DNA from: Lama glama
Lineage: Eukaryota
Reading direction: 5' to 3'
Assembly: GCA_028534125.1 (NCBI GenBank)
Contig: CM052816.1
Span: 41,604,001 to 41,668,000 of the forward strand
DNA: 64,000 bases
This document shows, piece after piece, positions 24,901 through 39,669 of this stretch (positions are counted from its first letter, which is position 1; each line of letters begins with the position of its first letter). Made by a program: the position numbers and the translations under genes. The notes below the pieces were generated by a model. That model did no database searches. It saw only the letters and a list, made by a program, of their open reading frames with translations, and was not told the origin of the DNA.

Positions 24901-25677
24901 TTGACTCCATTTAGTTCTCTGGGCCCTCAGTCAAAAACTAGAACTCATAATCATACTCCAATAATGTATGGAAGTATGGAAGACCTACTAAGCAGTTTAA
25001 CGAAGCTTCTAGTACTAAGCTTATGTTTTTTCTTGGGCTCACAGCTACCAATAAAGCTAAAAAGCCCCCATCAGCAGGTCTGCCAATTTTTTTTCTCATC
25101 TTTCACATGTAAGAGACCTCATATCAGGCCCTGATTTCACGTAGTAACATGCCTGCCTGCATCTTGCATGAAACACTCTCATTCCCTTTCCTCTACAGGA
25201 GTCAAATTCCCACTGGCTGCTACTCATTTTTGACCTGGATGGCAACTCCCATCTATGCCGGATAGCCTGGATATTATCTTTTCTGTATATCTGGTTATGT
25301 CTCTGTTGGTTTCTCTTAATATTTCACCCACTATTGCTATGTGTTTGGAGCAGATGGTGTTCATAAACCGTGACTTCATTGCAAAGTTTCACCCTGAAGT
25401 CAAGTTCTCCTATCTTCTCTACTATATACAGCAATGCTTCTTATATCCTTGTTTCCCCATTTTGTGTCTATCAGAAAATACATTTAGTTTCCCTTTACAT
25501 TTTATCCTTAAGCCAGGAGATGCAATCTTATTTGCATGAACTAGACCTCCTGGATTTTAGAATTAAGGTGAGGAAGATGGAGTTAGTGAGTATTTATTCA
25601 TGAGACGGGATATCAACGGAGGAGGGAATGGTATTTTTGAAAAGGAGCCTTTCTAATTTGGGGGTTAAGATAACAGG

Positions 25678-26440
25678 GTGTAGCCAAGATGGAGTAGGGA
25701 GACAGTGTGCTCACCCCTCCCACAGGTGTACAAAAATTATAATTATTTACAGAGCAACTATCGATGAGAATGATCTGAAGAGTAGCAAAAAGACTTCCCA
25801 CAACTAAAGGTATAAAGAAGGAACCACAATGAGAAGGACAGAAGGGCCAGAGACACAGCAGAATCCAGGAAGGCAACCCACAAATGGGAGATTAATCACA
25901 GCCCTCCCCAAGAAGTGAGGGGTCTGAGCCTCACAAGGAGTCCCCAGCCTGGTGATTCTGCAACAGGAAGACGAGCCCCCAGAATGTCTGGCTTTGAAGG
26001 CCAGTGGGGCCTGCATATAGGAGCGCTGGAGAGTTGTAGGAAACAGAGACTCTGCTCTTAAAGGGCACATGCAAAATCTCACACATTCCAAGACCCAGGG
26101 CAGAAGTAGTAATTTCAAAAGAGCCTGGGTCAGACCCACTTGCTGTTATTAGAGAGTCTCCCAAAGAAGCAGGAAACAACTGGGTCTCCTCCTAAGGCCA
26201 TAAACAGTTCTGGCAATAATTTTTGGGAGCTCATTCTACCATGAGGACACTGGTGCTGGGAGCTTACGTGCTTACCAGCCAGTCAGCAGCAGTCCAGAGA
26301 CCCCACCAACCAGGCTCCATAGCTAGGTGCCCCAGGACATGGCCCCACCTACCAGCATAGTGGCACCAATCCTGGGGCTCTGCCAGCTATGTCAGGACCT
26401 GGATCCACTCACCAGTGGGCTGACAGCCTCCACACACTCC
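25678..26440 (+). mobile_element. L1 5' UTR fragment (L1M2-like)
   Basis: Begins gccaagatggagtagggagac; contains gagcccccagaatgtctggctttgaaggccagtggggc and aaacagagactctgctcttaaagggcaca, which are L1 5' motifs. Confidence 0.7.
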
Positions 26441-27043
26441 TGAAAGGGTATAGGTATGGTTCATGGTGGTGAGTCCAAGACACAGTGGAGGAGAACTAAG
26501 CACTGAAAATTCTCCTTTGATTGTGTGGCTATTCAATACCTTAGAAATAAGAAAGCATAATGTTCATTATAAAGTTGCTTATTTATCTGAACTATGATTT
26601 GTCTTGTCTCCACAGCCCCCAAACTTCAGGTTAATAACACTAATCTCGTCCATGGCTTATATGAGATTTTTGTGTATTTATAATCTTTAATGGAAATAGC
26701 ATAGTGAGGCAGTACATAGACTGAATGTCATAAGAACCAGTAGAAAGTAGAACAAATCAGAGGTGAGCAGAAAACATACAATCCTTGGGTATTTGTATCA
26801 ATCAAAAGGGGGGCTTTAGATTTCTGTTTGGATTTAGGCCTATTATATTAACTAGGAGATCCCAAGTTAACATGTGGTTACAAAAATGAGGTAGAGGTGG
26901 AAGGTAAAATGATCAAAGCTCTTGGCTGAGTGAGAGATGGTAAAAGATCAGCTTAAGACAGCCATAGGATCACACTGAAGTGTAGGTTGAGAGGATTTCC
27001 ATCATCTGATCATCCATAGATGACTTCTGATCCCAAGTATTTA

Positions 27044-27640
27044 CAGAAGATTCTCCTTATTCGGGGTAGTGGTATTCTCCAAAGTTGCCACAAAGACTGA
27101 AAGAATGAATACTGAACTAAGGGAAAACAGGGTGAGGTCCCTGTGAGCCTCTGGTCACAACACTGACTGTGTGGTGACTGATGAATACATAATCTTCTTT
27201 TATGTGTGCTTCTGTTTAAAAACACCTTATTTAAATATATTGTTAACATTCCGTTCATGACCACCAGTACTATAACTTGTTCAGAAAGAGTTTATCTAAC
27301 ATACGCATTTTCTTTAAGGCACATCAAGCCTTCCTGTGCTCAACAACACTATACAGGACTTTATTATTTGCTTGGGGATGTTTCAAACAGTGGAATGACC
27401 GAGAAAAAGCACAAAAATGTGAAAAATGTGGCACTAAACAGACCACAAAAAGGATGCTTGTTTATAGTACGAGAGCTGAAATAAGAAGGCAGAGTGTCGC
27501 CTTGTTCAGCCCCAGCTGGGATGTGGCCGTTGGATGACACACATTTTTGCTCCTCTGCACATGTCTGTGAATGACCTCAAGAGCTCAGCAGGTATTGATT
27601 TGGGGGTTGCAAATAACTTTTAGTGAGTAGGTTAAGCAAA
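27044..27640. mobile_element. MER82 (TcMar-Tigger) DNA transposon
   Basis: ta|cagaagattctccttatt start; gaatactgaac, gtgagcctctggtcacaac and aaaaatgtggcactaaacagacc motifs. Confidence 0.75.
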
Positions 27641-27649
27641 GGATCCATA

Positions 27650-27790
27650 AATAAATAGCTTTTGAATATGTCTTCTCAGGCAAGGGAAACAAAAGCAAAA
27701 ATAAACAAATGAAACTATACTAAACTAAAAATCTTTCACACAGTGAAAGAAACTATCAACAAAATGAAGAGGCAGTCTGATGAAGGGGAG
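27650..27790 (+). mobile_element. Short L1 ORF2 fragment
   Basis: ctcaggcaagggaaacaaaagcaaaaataaacaaatg..ctatactaaactaaaa...gaaactatcaacaaaatgaagaggca. Confidence 0.75.
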
Positions 27791-30159
27791 GTGTAGTGGT
27801 TGTTGATTTGTTAACATTCAATTCATTTTGACAGGTGTCAACACGTGCTTAGGAGTTGGCAGCCACAGTAAAGTCTTCAATTCTATTTTTAATTTTCCAC
27901 GTGAAAAGAAAAAAACAGAACATGACCTTTAATTACATATTCCTATTTCTCTACATGATTAGAGAAAATAATACTAGTTTAGCAATGTTGCTTCTTGTAG
28001 AGGTTTTGTTTTATGCAAAATGTGTATCTACTCCAGAAAACTGACAGAATAAGTTCCCCAAAATTTAAAGCTCAGAGGTTTACAGACTTATGTGTTCTTC
28101 CTAACTGAGTAAAAATTGTAGGAAACTCTGGAGTAATTTGATACATTAAAATCAATTTTACTCTATATTCCCTAAAGTCCCCAATTGCTTTTTAAATTTG
28201 AGTACTTAAAAACATTTAGGAAACAACAGTAATTACTAACAGAGTACATAAAAATTGGCAGTTACTAAAGATTCCTGCTTTGCACCCTCAATTTCAAAGT
28301 AAGTCAGGTATCTAACTCAACAATTTAGACTGTATTGATGGGATCAAAAATATAACATTCATATAAAAAAGCAATTTGAAGACATTAGTGATAAAAATAT
28401 AATATTAGTTATCTGGCTTCAGAGAAAGAATCATATTTTTAAAACCTTGGCAACCAGAGTCTACCAACTGTTCTAGTGTCTATGTCTCTCCTTCCCTTTT
28501 ATTATTCTTGGGTAGACAAGATTCATCCAATATAAAATTATTTACAGCAATAGGGAACAATTTTTTTTAATTATTTGTATGTAGTATTCATGAGGATAAG
28601 CTTCAAGGAAGGATGTTATAAGGCCTCTGTTTAGAAAATGTCAGCATAAAAATAAGTAAGACTGTTTAGCACAAGATTGAAGAGCAACTGCCTTTCAATG
28701 GTTAGAAATGAAACTCCTGAGTCCCGCTGCCTGGACTGCTTTTGGATGTGGCAGTAAACTGAAGAACTTTTAATTTGACTAAAGCTTTAAAAAGCTAAGA
28801 ATTATAGTCCCCTGAAGTGGTGATCAGGATTTCTCTATCAGGTGTGTGTAAGGGGAGAACCTGATGGAATTATGGCAGGCAGATGGCTTGTATTCTTTTC
28901 TTAGCGGGGTTTGTGCCTGGATTCTTTCATCTAATGGAACTATAATTTCTTCCTTGGTCTTCCTCTTCTCCAAGGAATGGATGTGTTTGATTTTGTAGTT
29001 TCAAGATTAGAAAGCAATCTGTGACCAGGTAATAGATCTATCTATATTAACTGGACTATTTGAGAACTTGATTTTACAAATGTAGTCTCATTGGTACCAT
29101 GCTTAACCTGAATAAACTAAATGTAGCACCTAATACTCTAGTCTGCATATACTAAGAAATGTAAACACATGGTTGCTGATATTAACTGAATTGAAATGGA
29201 CACAATATATTGATTAAAAAAACATAATCTATTTGTGTTCTTTTGTTGTTTATTTACCACTGTTTGGATTATTAGATACCAGAGTGGGTGACCAACAAAG
29301 AGCATTAGCTATGTGAGCTGGTTAGATACTGACTGATTTAGGGTTTTTGGCCTGTTAAGAGACAGGATCACATACTGCAGAATCTTTGGAGGCTCCTTTC
29401 ATGGAGATGGAAATAAATATAAAGAGACACTATGTGACATATCTACCAGAAGTGAGCTTAATCAGAGAGAAATTTATATGAAATATACAAATTATCAATT
29501 TCTTTATCTTCTTTTTTATCTAGCTCCTTTGTTTCTAGCTCAGGAAGTAGCTTTTTGTGTGTTTTTAAAGATTCTGTTTGAAGCCTGTCAAAACTAACTG
29601 GACCAAAAGCCCTAGGGGCCATTAACAAATAGTAAAATACATGCTTTGACTCAGTTAGAAATTGCTTAGAACATTAATCACACTCATCATTTGACTAAAT
29701 TGTCTACCTCCCTGTTTCACTTCAGTCTTCATTCAGTTGTCAATAAAAAGAAAGCATTCTGCAGTACAGTTTATACTCTACTTGCCTGACTTCTCTTAAT
29801 GCATTCTGCTTTGTCTTTGAAAGATAAGTACAGAAATGTACAGTGATTTAAAGGAGTAGAGAAACTTCCAGGCCAGATTCTACACTTCCCTATGTGACCT
29901 AGATAGAGGGCAAAAACATTAATGCAGTATTTGATTTCCTAACAGAAGCCCTGGAGTTATCAAAAGAGACATTTGTAAATAGTCCATTTACCTGTATAGT
30001 AGGCATCTCTCCTGCCTCAGGACCCTGACATACCCATAGCAAGAGTTTAACTTTCTTACTTGCAATCAGGTATGATCTACCTTTCCTGATCATGCTTAGC
30101 ACTGACTCATGGTTTCCACTATCTATAGAGGGATGAAGATCAAGGAAAGGGAGGGATAT

Positions 30160-30365
30160 AACATACTGTGTTACTGAGTACTTGCCATGTGACAGATCAT
30201 ATGCTAGAATATTTTAAGAACAGTACTATATTTGATCCTCCCAAAACCTATGGAAGTAAATACTATTCACATTTTATGGTGAAATGTTGAAACTCAAAAC
30301 ATTTAAATTATTTGCCAAAAGTAATATGGTTAGTAAGTGGAGATGGTTGTTAAATCTGGGCTCAA
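30160..30365 (-). mobile_element. MIR SINE
   Basis: tactgagtacttgccatgtg...ttgatcctc...cacattttatggtgaa...tttgccaaaagt. Confidence 0.6.
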
Positions 30366-31399
30366 AATAAAACGAGAAGCATGGCATAAAGAGGTCCTAG
30401 AAAGGCAGCAGAGTACACAATACCTACGAGGAATCAAACCTGCTTGGAGTCCTTTTAGAAAGTTCAGTCACTTCTTTTGCACAATCAGATGGGTAGCACA
30501 ATTATCTTTGTCCTTGTTCTTTTTACTAAATTCATTCCCATCTCACAACAGGGGAATTTCTTGTTCATTTAAGGGTCATGTTTTTAAAGCTATTGACCTA
30601 GAGTTGTCATCACATTCTTCTTACTTCAAACAGTCTGAGTAGTAAGATAAATATATTCTCTATCATTTTACTGCCAGCCAGACTGACTCTTCAAACAAAG
30701 GGAAAGAGCTAACTCATGAAAAATAATACATAATACGTCATATACTTGCCTCCATGATGGAAACTCTCTCCATAAAATATACATGGATTGGAGTATCTTC
30801 ACTCTGGTATAAAGTAGTCCACATGAGAAGGTAGGAGTCTAAAAACATAAAAAAGAGAAAAGCACATTAAATACAATGGGTAAGTAGAAAAGGCATAAGG
30901 CAGCTGGGTTTAGGAGAGGGAAAAGGAGGAAGAGAAGTAGCAAAATCCCCTTTGGACGTTTTCCTCAAGACATGCTTGAAGAAAAGGAGCCCAGCAGAGA
31001 GGCCTTCTCACATGTAGAGCCATTTATCCAACCAAGGTTGGTCTCTCCAGTTTCTTAGTTGTCAAGTTTCATGCCACAGGGCTCTAACTCCTTAGCACTT
31101 CTAGGTTGTGTGGTCAGCCGCACAGGGACCACTCAGGGAGTCAGCCACTAAAGATACAATGTGTCATTTCATGCAAAAGTGTAGAGGATCACAGAGCATA
31201 TGGGATATGAGTAGGCCATGAGGGCCATACAGGCATGGGGATTCACCTGGGGCTACAGTTGAAGAGAACTCATCAACAATACCGTAAAGGCAGTTGCAGA
31301 ATAGTCCAGGCACTGACTGGTATCTTTGGAAAGAAAGGGACAGTGAGACATTCTGAGAAAGCACAAACAGGTTTGTGTCCATTAAGTAGGGCTGTCAAA

Positions 31400-31640
31400 G
31401 TCTCCCTGAGGATCATCTCCTTTCTAGCCAGCCAGGCAAAGAAAGAACATAGAGGAGCATATCTAGGGGGTTCTCATGAGATAACCTGCAAGGTACACAT
31501 CACTTCTGCTCACATTCCATTAACTACAGTTCATCACATGGCCACAGTTAATTGCAAGGGAGGCTGGGAAATGTAGTCTAGTTATTTACCTAGAAAGAAG
31601 AGGGAAACGTGGGTTTTAAGGGGCACCTGGCATGTCTGCT
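31400..31640 (-). mobile_element. MLT1-family LTR fragment
   Basis: cacatcacttctgctcacattccatt...cacatggccaca...tgcaagggaggctgggaaatgtagtcta. Confidence 0.75.
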
Positions 31641-34600
31641 GTATAAATAAGAAAGTGAGGTCTAAAGATAGTGAGTGCCTTGCTAAAAGTCACACAGCTT
31701 AGAGTCCACATTCTCCCTATGAAGATGGGCTTTTACTTTTTGCCTCCAAAGCTATTTGCAAATTTGTGGATATGAGCATCTGTACCAGAATAAGGTATGC
31801 AATCCATCCAGGTCCTGAATAAGGGATGACCCTTTTGTTTGGTTTTGAAAGGAAAGCATGGCATTTAGAAGATACATTTAATAGAGTAAACCATATGTTA
31901 CCTCTATTGGCATTTTAAAGGAAAATACATACTTATGGGAGAAGATTTGATTTATATTACATTAAAATTAAAGTTAGCAAGAATTGGTTGTTTTAACTAA
32001 TAAAAAAAGAGAACTTCTTGTTAGACATTTCACTGAACCATTAAACCAAAAGGCTCAAATCATGGCCCCTCTGTGAAAATAAGGTATTGGTAGATGCTTT
32101 ACTTTTTCCAAACTTTGAAGAAAAACAAGGCATTCTCATTTAACAAATGTGAGTTGGACCAATCCAAAATACATAGACACAAACAAATGTTATAAGCAAA
32201 ATATTTCAAATATCATATAACAAAGCAAATAGGACTTATCCTGATAGTTTAGAACATTGGCTAAACCTCAAAGTTGAGGCCAATGGATGATGAGTATTTC
32301 ATGATCTAAATAGCTGTGCTAGATACATCTTTGCAGCATGCACTTTATAGGTGACAGATAGATTTGTGACCGTCATGCAACTCTAGTCCATATAAAAGGA
32401 TGCTAGAGACAGATCAAGTAAATTATTTGAGGAAAATTTTTAGGAGTACAAAATATTATGACATTTCTTTTCTTCCCACTTATAGAAAAGAAAAAGGAGG
32501 ATGGGGACAGTAGTTCTTTCCCTTTTACTCAAGTGAGGGGGCACTTGAAAGAATTATCTAGAACATTAAAACTGTTGAAAAACGAGCAGACTTGTGCTTA
32601 TGCTTATCTGGAAAACTCTGAAGGCAAGAAACTGGTGTGTTTCTCTCTGCTAGTGAGGCAAGGATTGAGGAGCCAGCAGTTGGTCAAGCTGGACTTACTC
32701 TGTAATTTTGTGGGGGTCAAACATTCAAGAATATTCTGTGGGTCAAATGGGCACATAAAGGGGTAGGTTTGAGTTTTCTTAGGACCCAGCCCAATGGGGC
32801 TGAGTGTGTGGCAAGAGAAACCCAGCAGAAGGTCCTAGCTCAGGGGGAGCATATTAAACCTTGAGCTGTATCTGAAGAACCCACGAATGTACCCCATGGA
32901 GATGGCTAGCATCATATAACTAGCCCCTCCTTGGAAGATGTCCTTCGGTTCCAGATTCTGTTCTGCCAAGCCTTCATTCTGGCAGCCCCATGCACCTCTC
33001 TCTTTCCATTTGTCTCTCTGCCTCCCTTCTTTGTCTGTGGGGGTGAAAGTAAAGGGCAAAATTTAGGAATTTCTTTCTAGGTGATTCTGGTGCTATTTAA
33101 TTGCAACAAAGCAGATGAACTTCACATAGGGTTTTCTAATTTTCTTTTACTTTGGTTATTAAAATTTTGGTGTGTTTTTGTTTTTGTTTCCCCTTTTTTA
33201 TTCAACTTTGATAAGCATTTGCAGTTGGATATAATGATTTTGGGGAAGTCACTACATGGGTCTCTCCAGCTTTTTTTTAAGTGAGAGAAAAACAGACAGA
33301 TGATTTAGGGAGTTCTTTTGGCTTCTGGTGTGTTATGATCTCTTCATTGTGGGGATGTTAAATCCAGAAGGACATGCTTCATCTTCTGCCTTGTCATGCT
33401 TTCCTCCTCACCAGAACATATCTTTCAGATTGGGGGGTAGCAGTGAGATTCTTTATATATTTGTGACTTCCTTCTTCTCAGCACTGCTTGAAGGAATAGG
33501 AAAGGGAGATCTATCATTCCCAGGGTCCTTTACTTTCTTAAATATAATAGGAGATCATCATTAATAAAGATACTTTTAGATTTAGAACAGCACCTGTAAA
33601 AAGTTGACCCATATTCAACTTAATTGGGAAAAAGGCAAACTAAATCCAATAAAAATTCAATCATTTTCTTGGCCTTTTAAGATTAGTAGATGGGAATAGA
33701 ATCATTTGATTCTGAAATGACTTGAATTAAAATTGCCACTCTACATAATAACATGTGAACACGATTCACAGAATTAAAATCTTCTTTTCAGAAAATGCAA
33801 TTTGTACATTTGCACATTAAAAATAAAGAAGTTCCTTGCTGAGCTCTGGTGTTTTATGATTTCAGCTGAAAAATGAAACACACTAACTAAATACCTTTTC
33901 CTCTTTTTGAAATGTTCTGTTAGGTAAGGATGATTAGATATTTAAGATTTTCTCCTTCTTTAGTTCTTTTAGTAATGTATCATGAAAGAATATGGAAATT
34001 GTATTCTCTGTACAACTTGAAAATAAAAGAGTGATTTATACACCTTTTTAGGAAGAATAGTAGGAAGACACTTGAGAAGAGAGAACCAGTTTCATCTGAC
34101 TGTTAAACTCTTCATAGTCTTGTGGACATGTAGAACAGAACCACCAAATTTTACAGCTTCTGGAGGCACCCTTCACATCATAGTCCCTGTGAATATCGTC
34201 CCATGAAGCTGCGTGGCATTGTGTGGTGTGCAGTCTAAGCCACACGGCTGTATGTGGAGCTCTTGCCTTAGAATCTCTTTTACGTGATCTTAATAATAAT
34301 GATAATAATAACCATAATAATACTAAAAGGATAATTCTTCTCGTGTCTAGTAGCTTTTAGCTTATTTTCACTCAAGTATTGACAAGTTAGGTAGGAAATC
34401 TCAAAAGGACTGCACTCAGAGACAGCAGGGGAAGCTGTCGGGAGGGCTGCCTGGCTTGTAAAAATAACTAGGGGAGGCAAAGGAGATGTGTGGGCCTGGC
34501 AGGAGAAGAAACAATATTGTCTGTGCCAAAACAATGACAGCTGGCATTCCATGGGTTTTTGCTATGGATGAGAGTGCTCAAAATTGGGCAGCTTCAATAT

Positions 34601-35551
34601 TTTCAATTATGGGTGGCAGGTTTAATGGTCAGCTGCTGGACATTCTTGACCAGATCCTCCACAGTTATACGATGTTCACTATTATTTTTAGATCTACTCT
34701 TCCCCCAATTTCTCTCCACAATCCTGACATTTCATATTGAAACATGGACAAAAATAAATTAAGTTAACTATCTATAGTTGGCCAGATTGGTTTTTCCTGT
34801 TTAGCTTCCATGTTGGTATGAGGATGAAGAAAGAAAACAGTTTAAACAGGCTGGCATTGATGTTTATGAAATGATGGTGGTGCAAGTTCAAAACATAAAA
34901 TATCAACCTTAAATAAATGATTTAAGATTTAACATAATCTAATGTTTTCCATTTGCAAAATGTCCAAGACAAGTACACTTTGATTTATGAAAATTTTATT
35001 TGTCTTATTTTTCTTCTGTGGCTCAGACTAAGTCCCTGCTTATGGTTTAGTTTTTAAAAGTCTTTGCTACTGGAATCTCTTTGGTAATGTCAATTCTGAT
35101 AGTTCCTCTCCCTCTATACAATTTCCCTCAAAGCTTCCTGAGGAAGATAAGTTCAGCATGCAGGTGTAGATTCAGCTCTCATGTATAGTGGGCTCATACT
35201 ATTGCCAGCCTTAGTTTTCCTTCTTCACATGAAAGTTGTATCATATAAAACCCTATTTACTTTGCTTGGTGATACATGCAAGATGGGTCTTTCGGTTACC
35301 ACAGATTTAACCAACACAAAATAGTACATATTTTGAGTTTTTTTCCCTGGGGGAGATGATGCACGTTTACAGAACAGATCACATTTTTTTCTTTAGTTGT
35401 ACCTCTCTGCTACCAGTAGGATGTGTTTGTAAGACAGCAGGGTTCATATAAATCTAGAATTCCTGGCATTATTCTCAGTATCATTCCTTTTGACAGGTGG
35501 CCTTAATTCCCTTTGGCTCTCCTACTTTCAAAATTTTGGAGTTCATCTAAC

Positions 35552-35619
35552 TGCCATTCTAGCCCAATGGTTCACTTCAATAAAAAATTGCCATTCTAGC
35601 TCAATGGTTCAATAAAAAA
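35552..35619 (+). repeat. Short tandem duplication (~31-37 bp unit)
   Basis: tgccattctagc(c/t)caatggttca...ataaaaaa occurs twice. Confidence 0.9.
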
Positions 35620-38600
35620 CAAGAATTAAAAAAATTCAAATAAATAAAAATCCATTTATATTCACAGGTGAAAAACGTCTGTAATACTTGGCTATTTGGG
35701 TTCTTAGGTGAATTATCCATCACTGTCTCATGGTTTTACATTGTTCTCTGCCATTTTTTTTCTTTTCCTAGTCCCAGTCCTAGCCTGTGCCTAGATTCCT
35801 CTGTAAGAGTACAAGGTTTCACATATTGAGAAACTAAACAGGATTTAATTTCAATAGTACCATATATAGCTTTCAATTAGGATCAGGGAACTAGCCCAAT
35901 TCTCTGCCGTCCATGTTCTGTAAAGAGAAGTAGCTGTGTCTTCCTTAACTGGAACTTCCCCACTTCTTGAGATAAATGTTACAAAGATATAAGAGCCCTC
36001 CCCCCTCCCTCGCCCCTGCCTTCAGCAACGCACACATACCCACGTTTTTCTGGTTAATTCTCTAGATAGGGAATGATACAAAATAGCCTATAAGAGATGG
36101 CCAGAAAAATCATCAGAAATAATCATTTAGAAAATAAATCAGTCAGGAACAGTAAGGCAACAGTGACTTGGGGAGCCAGGAAAAATGTAAGAAGAGAAAC
36201 ATATTTTGGCCTCCCCCAAAGGAAATAATGGTCATTACAAACAGGAACATTTTCTCTTTGTTTGATGTTCTTCTAAGAGAAGTTCAAAATAATTTACAGG
36301 CATACACTAATAATTAGTTCTCTGCACACCATTATTTTTTGAATACTCAAATTGAGGCAGATGGATAGTGAGTGACTTATTCAAAACACTCAGCGTGTCA
36401 GTGGTTGGATTTTTTTGAGATCCCTCATTCACTGCAGACCACACTGCTTCTAATGACCTATGTATAATTCATTTCAGCTTCATCCAAATTAGGAGCTGAC
36501 ATTTTTTGGTAACACAAATCATAGCTTGTCAGTAAAAGAAACCCGGTGTGGGAAACTCAGATTGCTAAGAGGCTCAGTATGTTGCTAACTTTGTTGTTTT
36601 TGTACCGATCTGAGAGAATCTAATAGTTTGCCACCTTTATGTTGGCACCTGGATAACATATGTTTATTGATGAAGTTGATTTTTCTTCAACCCAGGTATT
36701 TCCTGGGCAAGCAGGAAAGGAGATCATTCTGAGGATTTTCTCCTAGGTGGTTCAACATGAATTAATAACAAAAATGCATTAAAAATGCTTTTGGTTCAAT
36801 AATTTCTCAGTAATGACTTCAGAATGATAACTATGAGCTTAGAAGACAGAATCAGGCTGTTTTAGTAAACTAAAAATATTTTTGGAATTTTAAAAATCTT
36901 TCCCCTTTGAGAGCTATGTGAGTGACGCTTCTTCTGTTTTAGTCTCTCCCTGTTGTGAGAGAGAACACCTATGATCAAAGGCCTGATTTTGCTTCCTCAG
37001 TTTGCAAAAGTTGTTGACTTTAGGGCAATTTGAGATCAAGCTATGATTTGCACAGATGAAGGGAGATGAGTAAGATCCAGAGAGGACTAGGTAATACTGG
37101 AAGATGTATTTGAGTTTTGATTCCAAACCTGGCCAAGGTTTTCCCTTTATCTTTCTACAACATAAGAAATAGATTTACCAATTACATCTTGACATGGGTA
37201 GAAATTACACAAATACTCTGAATACTGAAAATTCTAGCTAGACATGGTCTAAATGCTACACATACTTTGCTACATCATATTTTCTCTTAGATATACTCTC
37301 TTTGAAGAAACTGGCTGGTTTATTATGAATTTTTTTCCATAGAATAGCTTTTTACTTTATAGCCTGAGAAATATCTATGGATAAATTTTATTTAAATTCA
37401 GGAGTCTTTGTAGACACTGCCTAATCAATTATACTTGTTTTAACTTATTACAAAATCATTTTGGTAAAATTCAATGAAAATAGTGTGGGTTTAATCATTT
37501 TTAGAGTTTTTTATATTAAGACATAGACCTTACCTAGTCAGAATTCTTAATAAATGAGAGTTTAAATATGTAACTTTTTTTTTCTGAGAAAGAATCAAAT
37601 CAACAAAGCTTCTATTAGGGAATTATATTTAAAAATCAACTTACGATGTTTGTCTTGATTGGTACGCAGTCACTACTTGTCTTTCATGTCTTCTACATCT
37701 GTCATTCTCTCTAAAATCATTGGTGTTGACAGAGATAACCCTGGTGGCCTGCAACATTCAAAGTTAAAAGAAAGATTAGATAACAATCACTTATACCCTA
37801 TTGACTAAGGCAACATGAATATTCATATAATTTTAAAAGATTTTAAATAAAAATGGTTGAAATAAAAAAAAAAAGGTAAGGGCTTAGGTTAAGACAAAGA
37901 TAAACAGTAGGAAAAACTGGGGTTCAGCATTTGTCAAAATTATTTTTTAACTCTCTAAATTAATAGATATACAGTTATGAAAAATCAATAAAATGGGCTT
38001 ATTTATTTTTCACAGTGTTATACAAGTGGTCCAAAATGGTCCCAGCCAACAGCAAGAAAAAAAAAAATTAATTCAGGGTCATCTGTTAAATTACTAATAG
38101 AGTGAGAATTAACATTCAAAATCTGTCTTCCTTACTAGAACTTTTTCCAAGAGCCATTGGGAATGCTCTCATTTTAACATCTAAATATATGTTAAAAATC
38201 ATAAGCCAATATTTACGAATCAAAATCAAATGTTATACAATATTTACTGCACTGAAATTTTACTATTGCTTGAATTAAGAAGGCTGGAGATTAAATAAAA
38301 TATATTTGCTGGTGGTGCAGAAATTATTGTTGAACTCACATTATAATTATAATTACAGCATCTAATTGCTCACGGATAAAAGTTAAATGGCTCATGTATT
38401 TTCAAAGATGAATGATACAAATACTCCATCTAATCGTACACCACTTCATCCACCCATCCAGTACTGAGAGTTTACTTTGCATTGACTCTAATATTGATAC
38501 ATATATTCTAATATCAAGAGGACTACGAATGCTACCATAAACTTTCAGCGTTCTTTCACCGGTTCTATTTTATGCTTACTCTACTAGGCACTGTACTTAG

Positions 38601-39669
38601 AACTAGGTATATAATAAGAAGCAAATAAAAACAGACAATTATAAGGCAAAAAAGCTTCAGATTCACTTCTGAAAATGTAGTAACAGGCACCTGATGCAAG
38701 AGGTTAGCTGCAGTTGTCCAAGACATGAATAATTAATCCAAATATCTGTATACATTTTCCATTAATTAGATAAAAGGATAAGTTGTTCTGCTTTAGGCAG
38801 CTGAAGAGAAGTCCTCAGAACAACCTCATGATTTAAGTATTGTATTTTTGTGCCCTTAATTAAGCCAAGCAATTCTGGTAGTTTAGTAGATACATAGGAA
38901 ATTCTGCATAAATTGGCTGTTTCTATAATTTTATTAAACACTCCATGGGGAAAGAGATGAGGGTGTGTAGGCAGAAAGAACAGTATAAATCACATCTCAA
39001 AATGACTAGCAAAGCAACATTTTTGCAAGATAATAGTTGGTGACTGTGTTTTTCAAGATTTTTACATTTCTGAGATATAACTTAGTTATTAGCATTGATT
39101 TTAAATTACACAGGACAATATGATACATTAATATCAAAGGGAAACTGCTGGCAATTATTTTTGTAGGTCTTCCTTATACTCATAATTAAAGATTTATGAA
39201 TCATAATTAACATAAAATATAAAATTGTTTACTGGTAGGTCAAGTTGTAATTGCCTTTTGTATTTTACCACAAAAAGTATATTGATCATTTCATAAAATA
39301 TTTAAAAGTTGAAAGCTTCAAATAATTTTTATTTTGCCAGCAATGAACAAATATGACATCAACCATGAAGACAGAATGACAGTTTCAAATTTAAACAGGC
39401 GAATCAAATTAATACATACTTACTGAAGACATTTTATGTATAAAATAATCTATATATTAGGGATAAGTCAGTCCTGATTTTTTATGTTGACAAAAGGTTT
39501 TCAAGTGGCCATGGATCTAAGATCAATACATTTTTGTTGTGTTATGATGCTTTTCTCTTTGCTATTTGTCTCTGAAGTACAGCTACCATCAAAATGAGAA
39601 GATTCACATGTGAATCATACGAAAATAGCACATACAAAACCAACATGAAACCAAATATATGATATAGTG

